The notes under the pieces are model-generated. The model was not told the DNA's origin. It searched no databases and worked only from the letters and a program-made list of their open reading frames with translations. Source: Pseudomonadota bacterium (GTDB lineage Bacteria; Bdellovibrionota_F; JAHFAK01; JBDREC01). Taken from it: a stretch of DNA of 64,000 bases. The DNA is taken from the NCBI GenBank assembly GCA_043820105.1, contig JBDREC010000010.1, positions 62,001 through 126,000 on the forward strand, written 5' to 3'. Shown here one piece after another: positions 10,620 to 20,882 of this stretch. The translations under genes were made by a program, and so were the position numbers. How positions within the stretch are numbered: position 1 is the stretch's first letter; every line of letters begins with the position of its first letter.

Positions 10620-12488
10620 ATGAAAAAGTTACTGGCAATTTTAATTCTCAACTTAACTGTCCTTGTTAATCTGTATGCTATCACAGACACATCAAGTGAT
10701 AAATTGAATTACAAACAGGTCATTACAAGAAACCTAGACAGTGTTAAATCATTGTCAGAGATAATGCCATTTGATGGAGGACCTAATGATAGATATTTTA
10801 CGGGTTTTCCGACAAATTGGGATTTTAAAGTTGATCTGGAGGCAGAAGAAATTTTTGCAGGAAGTGGTGTGCTTGAAAATATCATTAGCAGTGATGATAC
10901 CTTAGAAAGTCTTGATTTAAAAATATCGGATCTGGTTTATGATAAATTTGATTTTTTAGAACTTTTTAACATTGAACTACAACTTGATAAAAAAAGCTCC
11001 ATTATAAAAGATCCTAAAACTGGGCTTAGTTTTTTAAGATACACACAAATATATAAAGGTATTGAGGTCCTTGAATCAGAAGCTAACTTTAGATTTAAAT
11101 TTTCAAACCTTGTTGATTTTGACACTCTTGTTTTTAAAAACATTAACCTTGATACTAAAACAAAAATTTCTAAAGAAGCGGCCCTTAGAATTTCTAGTGC
11201 TTCAATGAATTGCGAAAAAGAAGTCTGTGAAGTAAGTTCCTCAAACAAGCTTTTTATTTACCCAATAAAAACTGGCCAAGCTTATGAGTATAAATTGGTA
11301 TGGGAAAATAAAATAGGAAAGGCAAATCCTTATAGTCTTTGGACTTCATACGTAGATGCTCATACTGGAGATGTTATTGAAAACTATAATACTGTTTTTT
11401 ATGTCACAGGAAGCATAATGGGCACAGCTCACCCCAGAAAATACTCAGAAGATAAAATTGAAATTCCAATGAAAGGTCTGCATATTAACTTTGCAGGAAA
11501 AACAAGTATCGTTGATGAAGATGGCTATTTTGAACTTCCACAAAAAACCGGGAAAATGACCTTTGCATTAAAGGGTGAAGGCGCAGATGTTAAATTGTGT
11601 AAAACAGCTATTCTTGATATCCTTGGAGCTTTAACAGATGTTGTTGATCAATCAAGATGTAAAACCGAGCAAAAAAGCTTTTATAAAGATATTACAAACC
11701 CAAATGAAGATATTTCAATATATCTTGACGAGCGTACCTTAAATGACTCTGAACTTGATGCATACTTTCATGTAAATGAAGTAATAGACTTCGCGTCACA
11801 GTTCATAGATCTTGATTGGTTTAATAGATCTTTGCCAGTAAAAGTAAACATTGAAGAACTGCAAATAAAATTTGCTTTTTTACCTCTGGTAAAACAAAAA
11901 GCAGCTTGCAATGCTTTTTGGGATGGCTCAAGTTTAAGCTTTTTCGAAGAAGGCATTTTAGAAAAAGAAGATTTAAAAGTAAAATGCGCAAATACAGGCA
12001 CAATTGCTGATATTATTTATCATGAATGGGGACATGGCTTTGATCAAAATTCACATGGAGGTAAAATCCATGATCCAATAAAAAGTGAAGCCATTGCTGA
12101 CATAATTGCCTTTCATATTACAGATGATTTTGAGATGGCCCCAGGTTTCTTTTTAGAGGGCTCTCCAACAGGTCTTGACTATATTAGAGAAGTAGAAACA
12201 AACAGACATTATCCAGAAGACTTGCAGCAAGAACCACACTATGACAGCTTGATTTTCAGCTCAATGTGGTGGGACCTAAGACAAAGCTTAATAAACAAAT
12301 ATGGTTATAAAGATGGAAACTTCCATTCAGCTAAACTTTTATTTCAACATGTTCCATATTCAACCAAATATACCAATTCTCTATCTGCTGTCTTAGTAGC
12401 TGATGATGATGATGGAAATCTGGCAAATGGAACACCCAATGAAGGCCTAATTAGAGCCGCTTTTTATGATCATGGCTTAGATAGTTAA
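10620..12488 (+). CDS. Secreted M4/M36-type zinc metallopeptidase with FTP/PepSY propeptide
   Basis: Signal peptide MKKLLAIL after GGAGGG; RYTQIYKGIEV, YVDAHTGDV, CNAFWDG, HEWGH, SEAIAD, EPHY, DDDDGNLANGTPN. Confidence 0.85.
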   Translation: MKKLLAILILNLTVLVNLYAITDTSSDKLNYKQVITRNLDSVKSLSEIMPFDGGPNDRYFTGFPTNWDFKVDLEAEEIFAGSGVLENIISSDDTLESLDLKISDLVYDKFDFLELFNIELQLDKKSSIIKDPKTGLSFLRYTQIYKGIEVLESEANFRFKFSNLVDFDTLVFKNINLDTKTKISKEAALRISSASMNCEKEVCEVSSSNKLFIYPIKTGQAYEYKLVWENKIGKANPYSLWTSYVDAHTGDVIENYNTVFYVTGSIMGTAHPRKYSEDKIEIPMKGLHINFAGKTSIVDEDGYFELPQKTGKMTFALKGEGADVKLCKTAILDILGALTDVVDQSRCKTEQKSFYKDITNPNEDISIYLDERTLNDSELDAYFHVNEVIDFASQFIDLDWFNRSLPVKVNIEELQIKFAFLPLVKQKAACNAFWDGSSLSFFEEGILEKEDLKVKCANTGTIADIIYHEWGHGFDQNSHGGKIHDPIKSEAIADIIAFHITDDFEMAPGFFLEGSPTGLDYIREVETNRHYPEDLQQEPHYDSLIFSSMWWDLRQSLINKYGYKDGNFHSAKLLFQHVPYSTKYTNSLSAVLVADDDDGNLANGTPNEGLIRAAFYDHGLDS

Positions 12489-12567
12489 TTAGAAGCACTT
12501 CACATTTGACATTTTTGTGCGTACGCCTTACAGCGTACAGCGATAAAATAAATTATTTCGAATTTAG

Positions 12568-13299
12568 TTGTTAGTAATGAAAATTAAAATCCTTAATATA
12601 AATGTAGATGTAATTGACCTTGATAACTTGTTTGAAAAACTTCTTATAGCAAAAAAAACAAACCAGAAAATAACAATTAATTATTTAAACATCCATGTTG
12701 CAAATGAAGCATATAAAAATAAAAAATTACTTGAAGCTTTAAATGATTCTGATATAGTTTATTGCGATGGCGATGGAATTCGTCTTGGATCATACCTGAC
12801 AAAACAAATAGTTCCTCCCAAAAATACAGGCGCTGATTTTATTGATGAACTTACTGCTTTCTGTGAAAAAAATAATATCTCAATTTTCTATTTGGGAGGT
12901 ACAAAGGAAGTTTCAGAAAAAGCTGAAGCTCTATTTAGAAATAAGTATCCTTTTTTATCAATTAAAGGGTTTAAAGATGGATATTTTGATTTTAATGATA
13001 AAAGTGTAGTTGAAGAAATCAATGAAGCAAGCCCTGATTTATTGATAGTTGGCATGGGAACTCCAGCTCAAGAATTATGGATCAGGGAAAATAAAGGCAT
13101 GCTTAATGCAAAGACCATATGGGCAATAGGTGGAACACTTGATTATTTAACGGGAAAACAGAAAAGAGGTTCAAAGCTAATGAGAGATTTACACCTTGAA
13201 TGGCTTGGAAGATTTCTATCAGATCCTCTGAGATTATGGAAACGCTATTTAATCGGAAATTGCTTATTTCTTTATAGGGTTTTATTTGGACGTTCCTGA
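12568..13299 (+). CDS. WecB/TagA/CpsF family glycosyltransferase
   Basis: YCDGDGI, GADF, FYLGG, DGYF, VGMGTPAQE, LEWLGR..SDPLRLWKRY. Confidence 0.9.
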   Translation: MLVMKIKILNINVDVIDLDNLFEKLLIAKKTNQKITINYLNIHVANEAYKNKKLLEALNDSDIVYCDGDGIRLGSYLTKQIVPPKNTGADFIDELTAFCEKNNISIFYLGGTKEVSEKAEALFRNKYPFLSIKGFKDGYFDFNDKSVVEEINEASPDLLIVGMGTPAQELWIRENKGMLNAKTIWAIGGTLDYLTGKQKRGSKLMRDLHLEWLGRFLSDPLRLWKRYLIGNCLFLYRVLFGRS

Positions 13300-13429
13300 A
13301 AAAAATAAAAGTTTTGTTGATTTATTGAGAATAAATTATTATAAACACGTGTTAATTTTATAGAATTTCGAAACAGAACTTAGACTAGCTGCATTAAATA
13401 GATAAATCTGGAGGGGCAGAAATTTACTT

Positions 13430-16400
13430 ATGATAATAAAATTATTTAAACAATATTCAATAGTATTATTAATTTTTTTAATAATAGCTATTGGGGGATG
13501 TAGAAAAGATGTTAAAAGCCCAGTAGCTTTTGAAGGATATTCAAAAGATGGAGCAAGCTCTACAGTTTTACCTCCTTTTTCCAAAAACCAAAAAATAGAT
13601 ATCAGCACCCAGAACACGCAATCAAATCAAATTAATAGACAAACAGATAGTCTGCTCATAGCTAAGAAACTAAGCCATCTTGATGGTCTTCCAAGGGCTG
13701 CAAACTTAATGGCAAAACCAAATGATTATTTTTTAAAAAATGATAAAATTTGGGTTGTTGTTCAAGGCCTTGGAAGAGATATTGCCTTAAATCCCTATGG
13801 TGGCAATATTATAGATGCTTCATTTATTGGTGAAAATGATTATTTTAATGAAATGGGTCTTTTAATTAATGGTGCATTTACATTTGAGCCTAAGGAGGCA
13901 AAAGTAATCACTGATGGTTCAGATGGCAAAGAAGCAAGGATTAGGTTCAATGGTGAAGTAACTAGCTTTGATTATATTGATGTTGGAATGGTTTTAAAAA
14001 TATCTCAATCAAACATGAATGTTCCAATTGAACTTGATGATAAAAACATTCCTAATCTTAGCGTAGAAATTGATTATGTACTTAAACCTGAATGGAAGCA
14101 CGTTGAAATTGAAACAAGGCTTACTAATAATGCTGACACAGAAATCCCTTTATTGCTTGGACATGTTTTTGATGTAGGAAGAGATATTTATTCTTTTGCA
14201 CCTATGGGATGCGGGTTTGCCAATGGCGCCAATAATATGCCTTTTTCAGCAATGAATGATACTCTAATTTTTGCGGGTAAAGAGCCTGTATCTTATGGTG
14301 TAAGGTATCATGGAAGTAAAGATAATTTTTTAATTAACGCAGCTTCAGTTCTTTTTTCAATCTACAAGCTTGAAAATCCAATTTCCTTACTTTCCTTTAA
14401 AACGAATCCACCACTAAAGATTGCGCCCAAAGATACCCTAACCATGACTTCGGATTTCATTCTTGGAACAGGAGATGTTTCATCTGTGCTTGAAAAATCC
14501 CTTGCCCTATCAGAAGAAAAAACATTCTCATTAAATGGCAAGATTACTTTAAAAGAAAGCACTCAGCCCATTTCAAATGCAATAATAGCAGTAGACAAGC
14601 TAAGCGAAAAAAACAATAAATATTTACCTTATTCAAATACAACTTCAAATAATGAATCTTTTCACTTTTCCTTACCAACAGGCAATTACAGGGTTTATGC
14701 ATATAAAAAAGGTTATCCTTACATAACAACAAACAATGAACCTGATTATCATGCAGTAGAAGTCACAGATAATAATCCAGCTGACCTGGCTCTGCAATTA
14801 GGTGAAACAGGAAAAGTAGTATTTTCAATACAATCATCTGATGGAAATTTTTTACCTGGCAAAGTTGTGGTCGTTGGTAATGACCCATCATTGCCTACTC
14901 AGACTATTGAAAACATAGACTTTGAACCTGTTCCCTATGGAATTTCAACAGTTGAATTTACTGGAAACGGCAAAAAAGAATTTAACCTTGAACCTGGAAA
15001 GTATAAACTATTTGCATATAGAGGTCTTGAATATGCTCCATATTCAAAGGAAATTGAAGTAAAAGCTTCAGAAACAAGTACTTTTTCAGCTGTAATTGAA
15101 AAAGTAATAGATACAGAAGGCTATATTTCAGGCGACTTTCACATTCATACAGGAATTTCATCTGATGGAAAAATTAGCATTGAAAATAAAGCAATTGCAA
15201 TTTCAGCAGAAGGTTTAGAAATAGCAGCAATTACTGATCATGATTATTTAAATAACATTGAGCAAGAAATTACAAATCTTGGTTACTCTGAATATTTCAA
15301 ACCCTTGATTGGAGAAGAAATGACAACATCCAACAGGGGTCATATGAATATTTACCCTTACTTAAAAACAGCTGAAGAAAAAACAAATAATGGTGCTGTT
15401 GACTGGTCAGGACCAGGTAGAGTAAGTAAAACTTACGATGAAGTATTTGAAAACTATCCAGCTGAAAATGAAAGAGTAATACAACTTAATCACCCAAGGG
15501 GCAATTCCAGGGAAAAAGCGATCTGGAATGAATACTTCTCAGTAATGGACCTTGACTTTCAGGATAGCAAACCAACAGTTGGTGAAAAAGCGTGGTCAAA
15601 TGATGCCATGAGATTACCTGAAAACGCCCCAAGAAAAATATTTACTCATTTCACAGCTTCTGAAGTTTATTCGTGGTTTGATCTTGTTTTTAAAGATTCT
15701 CTAAACTTCTTTAATCATGGTAAAATACACACAATGCTTGGCGGATCAGATTCTCATAAAAGCAAATATGCTGAAATAGTAGGTTTTCCAAGAAATTATA
15801 TTTATTTTGGAACAGATAATATAAGCGACATTAGCCCAGAAGACGTTGCCAGGAGAATTAACAAAGGAAATGTTTCAATAAGTGGTGGTATTTTTACGAA
15901 ACTCAGACTTGGAGAAAATGGTAATATTAGCAATGATGTTTGTGAAGGAGAATTAATCACTTTAAATTCAGGGCAAGTTGAACTTGATATTACAATTGAA
16001 ACAATCTTTGCTTATAAAGAGGTCAAACTTTCAATCATTGATAGCGGAGAATACGCCAAAGATTCTAAAGGCACGAAATATGACAATGACCATACTGTAG
16101 AACTTGCAGAAGTTTCAAGCTCAGGAGGCTTTAAGAAATATACCTTTAATGATAAAATTACAGTTGATGTAAATAAAGATTCATATTTTATAATCTTGGT
16201 CCAGGGTGGTTCCTTGTTTCCTTATATTCCATATCATAAAGGAACAGTTGAAGACACTCAAATCACAGATCTTTTTAATGGCGAACCTACACAAGAAGCA
16301 CCAAAAGCTCGAGCCATTACAAATCCTATATTTGTAGATTATGATGGTGACGGTGAATTCAAACCAAGCTTTAAAAAAGCCAGCTCTGAAATACCAGATG

Positions 16401-16438
16401 AAATAAAAAGTGGACACTTTGTTGCTAATAAGAGATAA
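13430..16438 (+). CDS. CehA/McbA family PHP-domain metallohydrolase, lipoprotein
   Basis: Lipobox IGGC; GDFHIHT, ITDHD, GEEMT..GHMN, NHPR, GSDSH, GFPRNY, TNPIFVDYDG. Confidence 0.85.
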   Translation: MIIKLFKQYSIVLLIFLIIAIGGCRKDVKSPVAFEGYSKDGASSTVLPPFSKNQKIDISTQNTQSNQINRQTDSLLIAKKLSHLDGLPRAANLMAKPNDYFLKNDKIWVVVQGLGRDIALNPYGGNIIDASFIGENDYFNEMGLLINGAFTFEPKEAKVITDGSDGKEARIRFNGEVTSFDYIDVGMVLKISQSNMNVPIELDDKNIPNLSVEIDYVLKPEWKHVEIETRLTNNADTEIPLLLGHVFDVGRDIYSFAPMGCGFANGANNMPFSAMNDTLIFAGKEPVSYGVRYHGSKDNFLINAASVLFSIYKLENPISLLSFKTNPPLKIAPKDTLTMTSDFILGTGDVSSVLEKSLALSEEKTFSLNGKITLKESTQPISNAIIAVDKLSEKNNKYLPYSNTTSNNESFHFSLPTGNYRVYAYKKGYPYITTNNEPDYHAVEVTDNNPADLALQLGETGKVVFSIQSSDGNFLPGKVVVVGNDPSLPTQTIENIDFEPVPYGISTVEFTGNGKKEFNLEPGKYKLFAYRGLEYAPYSKEIEVKASETSTFSAVIEKVIDTEGYISGDFHIHTGISSDGKISIENKAIAISAEGLEIAAITDHDYLNNIEQEITNLGYSEYFKPLIGEEMTTSNRGHMNIYPYLKTAEEKTNNGAVDWSGPGRVSKTYDEVFENYPAENERVIQLNHPRGNSREKAIWNEYFSVMDLDFQDSKPTVGEKAWSNDAMRLPENAPRKIFTHFTASEVYSWFDLVFKDSLNFFNHGKIHTMLGGSDSHKSKYAEIVGFPRNYIYFGTDNISDISPEDVARRINKGNVSISGGIFTKLRLGENGNISNDVCEGELITLNSGQVELDITIETIFAYKEVKLSIIDSGEYAKDSKGTKYDNDHTVELAEVSSSGGFKKYTFNDKITVDVNKDSYFIILVQGGSLFPYIPYHKGTVEDTQITDLFNGEPTQEAPKARAITNPIFVDYDGDGEFKPSFKKASSEIPDEIKSGHFVANKR

Positions 16439-16508
16439 TGCTCGTTTAAAGTAAAATTTAATTTTATCTTAAAAAAAATAATTTTAATAAAACAAAGGTG
16501 TTTTTTTC

Positions 16509-18167
16509 ATGTCAAATAAAATTAATATTATTGTAGAAGGCAAAGACTTTACTATAGATAAAGACACAACTTTGCTTGAACTCATACAAGAACACTATAC
16601 TGATATTCAATTCAAGGTGCTTGCTGGAAATATTAACCATACAGTCAATAACCTAAGAACTTGCCTAAATGATAATGACAATGTTGAATTCATAACTTAT
16701 AGTTCATCTATTGGAAGAGAAATATACAGAAGAAGTCTATCCTTTCTGCTTTTCAGAGCAATTTTTGAAACACAAAGAAATACAAGACTTGTTTTATCAC
16801 GGTCTGTCGGAAATTCATGGTATTATGATTTCTATTCAGACACACCCGTAACAGAAGGCTTTCTCTCAAAAATTGAAGAAAAAATGCAAGAGTATGTAAA
16901 AAACAATGAAGAAATCACTTCTGAAATTTTACCAAGAGAACGAGCAAGGGAATTTTTCGAAGAAAGAGCATATGCTGATAAAGTAAGACTATTAAAGCAT
17001 GTTGACCACGAAAATATTGAAATTTATAAAACAGGCAAGGTTTATGACTACAACCATCTTCCGTGTGTTCCATCAGCTGCCCATCTCGCGGCATTTGAAC
17101 TAAGGCCTTATGAATCCGGATTTTTATTAGTCTTTCCCAACCCTAAAAGCAGCAATAAGATGTCACACATCCCATATCAACCAAAACTTTTCAAAATTCA
17201 CCAGGAAGCTAAAGAGTGGGGAAGAATCTTAAGAATCAACAACATTGGCAGACTAAATGAATACATAAGCAGAGATAGAGGCCCTGAGCTAATAAGAATA
17301 GCAGAAGCTTTTCATGAAAAAAAAATTGCCCAAATCGCTGACCAAATCAAACAAAATTCCTCAGAACTTAAAATCGTATTTATTGCTGGCCCTTCTTCCT
17401 CTGGAAAAACTACTTTTTCAAAAAGACTTCGAACACATTTACTTGTAAATGGAATAGAACCCCATGTTATTTCGCTGGATGATTTTTATTTGGACAGGGA
17501 ATGCACTCCCAAGAAAAAAGACGGCACTTTTGACTTTGAGCACATTAAGGCAATAGACATAAAACTTTTTAATAAAATACTATTTGATTTATTAAAAGGT
17601 GAGAAAGTTTGCTTGCCGAAATTTGATTTTGCACAAGGCATGAGAATAAAAGATGCTAGAAAAATCGAAATGTTTGAAGATCAAATACTGATTATTGAGG
17701 GTATTCATGGTCTTAATGAAGCCCTAACTTTTTCAGTTCCTAAAAGAAATATATTTAAAATTTACATCAGTGCTCTCACACAAATTTCAATAGATGATCA
17801 TAATAGAATTTCAACAAGAAAAAATCGACTAATCAGAAGAATGGTTAGAGATAATACTTTTAGAGGATACAGCGCATTAAATACCTTAAAAATTTGGCCT
17901 TCTGTTACAGCAGGAGAAGAAAAGTGGATTTTCCCATTTCAGGAAAAAGCAGATATAATTTTCAACTCAGCATTATTTTATGAACTTTCTGTATTAAAAC
18001 CACATATCATCCCACTTCTTGAAGAAATACCCAAAGATGACCCCTGTCATTTACAAGCTTCAAATTTATTAAACTTTTTAAAACTAATAAAAAGCATTGA
18101 TAATGAAGCAGACATTCCATCAACTTCTATTTTACGTGAGTTTATTGGTGGATCGGCGTTTAAATAG
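16509..18167 (+). CDS. Uridine/nucleoside kinase with N-terminal TGS and ThrRS-like domains
   Basis: GREIYRRSL, AEAFHEKKI, AGPSSSGKTT, SLDDF, IEGIHGLN, RLIRRMVRD, SILREFIGGS. Confidence 0.9.
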   Translation: MSNKINIIVEGKDFTIDKDTTLLELIQEHYTDIQFKVLAGNINHTVNNLRTCLNDNDNVEFITYSSSIGREIYRRSLSFLLFRAIFETQRNTRLVLSRSVGNSWYYDFYSDTPVTEGFLSKIEEKMQEYVKNNEEITSEILPRERAREFFEERAYADKVRLLKHVDHENIEIYKTGKVYDYNHLPCVPSAAHLAAFELRPYESGFLLVFPNPKSSNKMSHIPYQPKLFKIHQEAKEWGRILRINNIGRLNEYISRDRGPELIRIAEAFHEKKIAQIADQIKQNSSELKIVFIAGPSSSGKTTFSKRLRTHLLVNGIEPHVISLDDFYLDRECTPKKKDGTFDFEHIKAIDIKLFNKILFDLLKGEKVCLPKFDFAQGMRIKDARKIEMFEDQILIIEGIHGLNEALTFSVPKRNIFKIYISALTQISIDDHNRISTRKNRLIRRMVRDNTFRGYSALNTLKIWPSVTAGEEKWIFPFQEKADIIFNSALFYELSVLKPHIIPLLEEIPKDDPCHLQASNLLNFLKLIKSIDNEADIPSTSILREFIGGSAFK

Positions 18168-18200
18168 GGAACAAGAGCGCAGGGGAACAAGGGCGCAAGG
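18167..18200. repeat. Octamer tandem repeat (GGGAACAA/GGGCGCAA family)
   Basis: gggaacaa gagcgcag gggaacaa gggcgcaa between convergent stops. Confidence 0.6.
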
Positions 18201-18212
18201 CACCAGGATTTT

Positions 18213-18974
18213 TTAATTATACTTTTTCAAGTAGTCATCAATTAACGATTTATTAACTTTTGTAATTGAAGTTAGAAACTTGTTTTTCATGGATATTGCA
18301 TATGGATTGTAGTTCATCATGTCACTAAAAAGCTGTTTTGAATCATTGCAGGTTTGTTGCATTAGTTGCATGAGCCTATTAAACCCCAAGGTGCTGAGAT
18401 GCGAGTCTTGTATATTCAGTTCTTTTAATATTCTTCCAATGTAATGAGTAAGAGCTTGTGAATTCGCAGCTATTCTATCATGTTCATCAGGTGACATTTC
18501 AACAACATTAAAACCTATTTGTTTCAAATTCCTCTTCCACAAATGATAATCTTTTGATTTCTTTCCCACTGGATAAATAATCCAATTTGGTTTTAAATGC
18601 TTTTTAGTTAAGGGATTAAAGCTATCAGGTCCAAAAAGAGGATGAGAAGAAATAAAAGTATATTTACTAGAATCATATTTTTTCATTTCTTGAGCAGGAT
18701 GCAAGTTAACAGAACATGTTTCAACTATAGTAGCTCCATCTTGAGCGATTTTCATTATACTCGAAATAGTTCTTGAAAACTGATTAATTGGAACACAAAT
18801 AAAAATAACTTCATTTTGACATGCCTGCTTTTTAGAAACAAAATCTACTTTAAGTTTTTTCGCGATTTTACTCAGATTTTTTTTAGAATCAAAAACCTCA
18901 ACCTTGAATTGAGTTTTTAATATTTGTGCTAGAATTTGACCAAAACGACCAAACCCATAAATAGTTATTTTCAT
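18213..18974 (-). CDS. tyrA: Prephenate/arogenate dehydrogenase
   Basis: GFGRFG, ETCSV, HPLFGP, SPDEHD, SQALTH. Confidence 0.85.
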   Translation of the reverse strand: MKITIYGFGRFGQILAQILKTQFKVEVFDSKKNLSKIAKKLKVDFVSKKQACQNEVIFICVPINQFSRTISSIMKIAQDGATIVETCSVNLHPAQEMKKYDSSKYTFISSHPLFGPDSFNPLTKKHLKPNWIIYPVGKKSKDYHLWKRNLKQIGFNVVEMSPDEHDRIAANSQALTHYIGRILKELNIQDSHLSTLGFNRLMQLMQQTCNDSKQLFSDMMNYNPYAISMKNKFLTSITKVNKSLIDDYLKKYN

Positions 18975-18995
18975 TAGTTACTTTATATTTAAAGC

Positions 18996-19096
18996 AGTAT
19001 TTAGTATTTAGTATTCAGATAAGAAGAAAAACTAATTACTGAATACCGAATACCGAATACTGAATACTGAATACCGAATACTGAATACCGAATACC
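18996..19096. repeat. GAATAC(C/T) heptamer tandem repeat (8 units) with an inverted AGTATT(T/C) arm
   Basis: 8 units at 19041-19096; agtattt agtattt agtattc ag at 18996-19018 can pair with them. Confidence 0.9.
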
Positions 19097-19099
19097 ATT

Positions 19100-20200
19100 T
19101 TATTCCTCTGCCTTAAACCAATCCTTAGAAATTTTAAACCCTTGAGCTTTTGCTTCTTCATAAAAAGATGGCATTTTGCCTGTTGCAATGTGCTTGCAAT
19201 TTAGTTTTCCATCTTCATTTGCAGAAATAATTTTATTTAGAAAAATATCATTAATAACATAATGCCCATTAAGATCTAATTCTACTATTTCAGAAATGTG
19301 TGTTACCTTCCTTGAACCATCTCTAAGTCTGGACGCCTGAACAACAAGATCAATAGCAGAGGCTATTTGATTTTTGATGGCCAGGTGAGGCAAGTCAACT
19401 CCTGCCATTAAAGCAAGGGTTTCAAGCCTGCTCATAGTCTGCCTTGGATCATTAGCATGAACAGTGGTCATTGAGCCAGAGTGACCAGTATTCATGGCTT
19501 GCAAGAGATCAAGTGCTTCTCCACCCCTAATTTCACCGATTATAACCCTATCAGGACGCATTCTTAGTGAAGATTTAACAAGCTCTCTAATTGGAACCGC
19601 GCCTTCGCCATTTTTATCAGGGGCCTTTGTCTCCATGGGAACAATATGATCCTGCTGTAATTGAAGTTCTGATGAATCTTCAATAATTATAATTCTTTCA
19701 TTATTAGGAATTAAGGAAGATACGACATTCAGCAAAGTCGTCTTACCAGAAGAAGTTCCACCTGATACAACAATATTTTTTTTAAGTTGAATACAGAGGT
19801 TTAAAAATTTGGCGCAATCAACATTCATTGAACCAAAACCAACAAGTTGTTTTATTGTCAGGCTTTCCTTGAAAAACTTTCGAATAGCAATATAAGCACC
19901 AAAGCGAGCACATGGAGGAACTACAATATGAATTCTAGAACCATCTGGTAGCCTTGCATCCAATGTTGGCCTGTCTTCACTAATAACTCGACCCATATAT
20001 TGAGCAATGTTTCTAACTGCTGCCATCAAGGCTTCTTCACTTGGAAAAGTAGTTTCTGCTTTATGTAGTTTACCGCCTTTTTCAAAATATATTCTATCAG
20101 GGCCATTAACCATAACTTCTGAAACATCATCATCATCAAGATACATATTTATTGGACCTAAATAGGCTTTGGTGGATTCACCAAGTACATCATTACTCAT
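19100..20200 (-). CDS. cpaF: CpaF/TadA family secretion ATPase
   Basis: SEVMVNG, DARLPDGSR, GGTSSGKTT, IEDSSEL, LRMRPDRVIIGEIRGGE, AMNTGHSG, DGSRKV. Confidence 0.9.
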   Translation of the reverse strand: MSNDVLGESTKAYLGPINMYLDDDDVSEVMVNGPDRIYFEKGGKLHKAETTFPSEEALMAAVRNIAQYMGRVISEDRPTLDARLPDGSRIHIVVPPCARFGAYIAIRKFFKESLTIKQLVGFGSMNVDCAKFLNLCIQLKKNIVVSGGTSSGKTTLLNVVSSLIPNNERIIIIEDSSELQLQQDHIVPMETKAPDKNGEGAVPIRELVKSSLRMRPDRVIIGEIRGGEALDLLQAMNTGHSGSMTTVHANDPRQTMSRLETLALMAGVDLPHLAIKNQIASAIDLVVQASRLRDGSRKVTHISEIVELDLNGHYVINDIFLNKIISANEDGKLNCKHIATGKMPSFYEEAKAQGFKISKDWFKAEE

Positions 20201-20201
20201 T

Positions 20202-20810
20202 TTATTTTTCTTCCTTTACTTTTTCATTGCCTGACCAATCCCTTTTTAGTTTATCAAAATAATCCCATCCTGAATACAACGAAAGTCCCATTCCAACTAA
20301 CAATAAAATAAAGCCAACTTCATTCCACGTAACACCAAAAAAATTATTTTGAGGCCCCATAATCAACATTACTGCAGCTATACTTAAAACTAAGGTCTTT
20401 TTCTTACCCCAATTTGAGGCGGAAATTATTATGCCCTCAGAAGAAGCAATACCCCGAAGACCTGTTATCGCTATTTCCCTTCCAATAATTATAACAACAA
20501 TCCAGGCAGGAATCATTTTTAAAGGAATAAGCATAACTAAACCAGCTAGCATCAAAAGTTTATCAGCTAAAGGATCTAGAAGTTTACCAGCCTTAGAGGT
20601 TTTTTCAAGTTTCCTGGCTAAGTAACCATCTAAAAGATCAGACAAAGAAGAGATAGTAAAAATAATGGCAGCTATCAAACGCGTCCACCGGCAGTCCCAA
20701 AGAAGAAATACCATTATTAAAGGAATAGAAGCTATCCTGGTTACTGAAATAATGTTGGGTAACTCCCAAAATTTTTGGCCATTTTGCTCAAACATTATTC
20801 TGCCTTTCAT
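20202..20810 (-). CDS. pgsA: CDP-diacylglycerol--glycerol-3-phosphate 3-phosphatidyltransferase
   Basis: LPNIISVTRI, DLLDGYLAR..G.LLDPLADK, REIAITGLR, WGKKKT. Confidence 0.9.
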   Translation of the reverse strand: MKGRIMFEQNGQKFWELPNIISVTRIASIPLIMVFLLWDCRWTRLIAAIIFTISSLSDLLDGYLARKLEKTSKAGKLLDPLADKLLMLAGLVMLIPLKMIPAWIVVIIIGREIAITGLRGIASSEGIIISASNWGKKKTLVLSIAAVMLIMGPQNNFFGVTWNEVGFILLLVGMGLSLYSGWDYFDKLKRDWSGNEKVKEEK

Positions 20811-20882
20811 TTTATTTTTATTAGTTCATTTATATTACTAGATTATTGTAATTTGTAAAACATTTTTTTTAAATTTTAAAGA

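Noticed and set aside
18996-19096. CRISPR array (also considered for the other tandem repeats)
   Set aside because: Units are 7-8 bp with no unique spacers, and there are no cas genes
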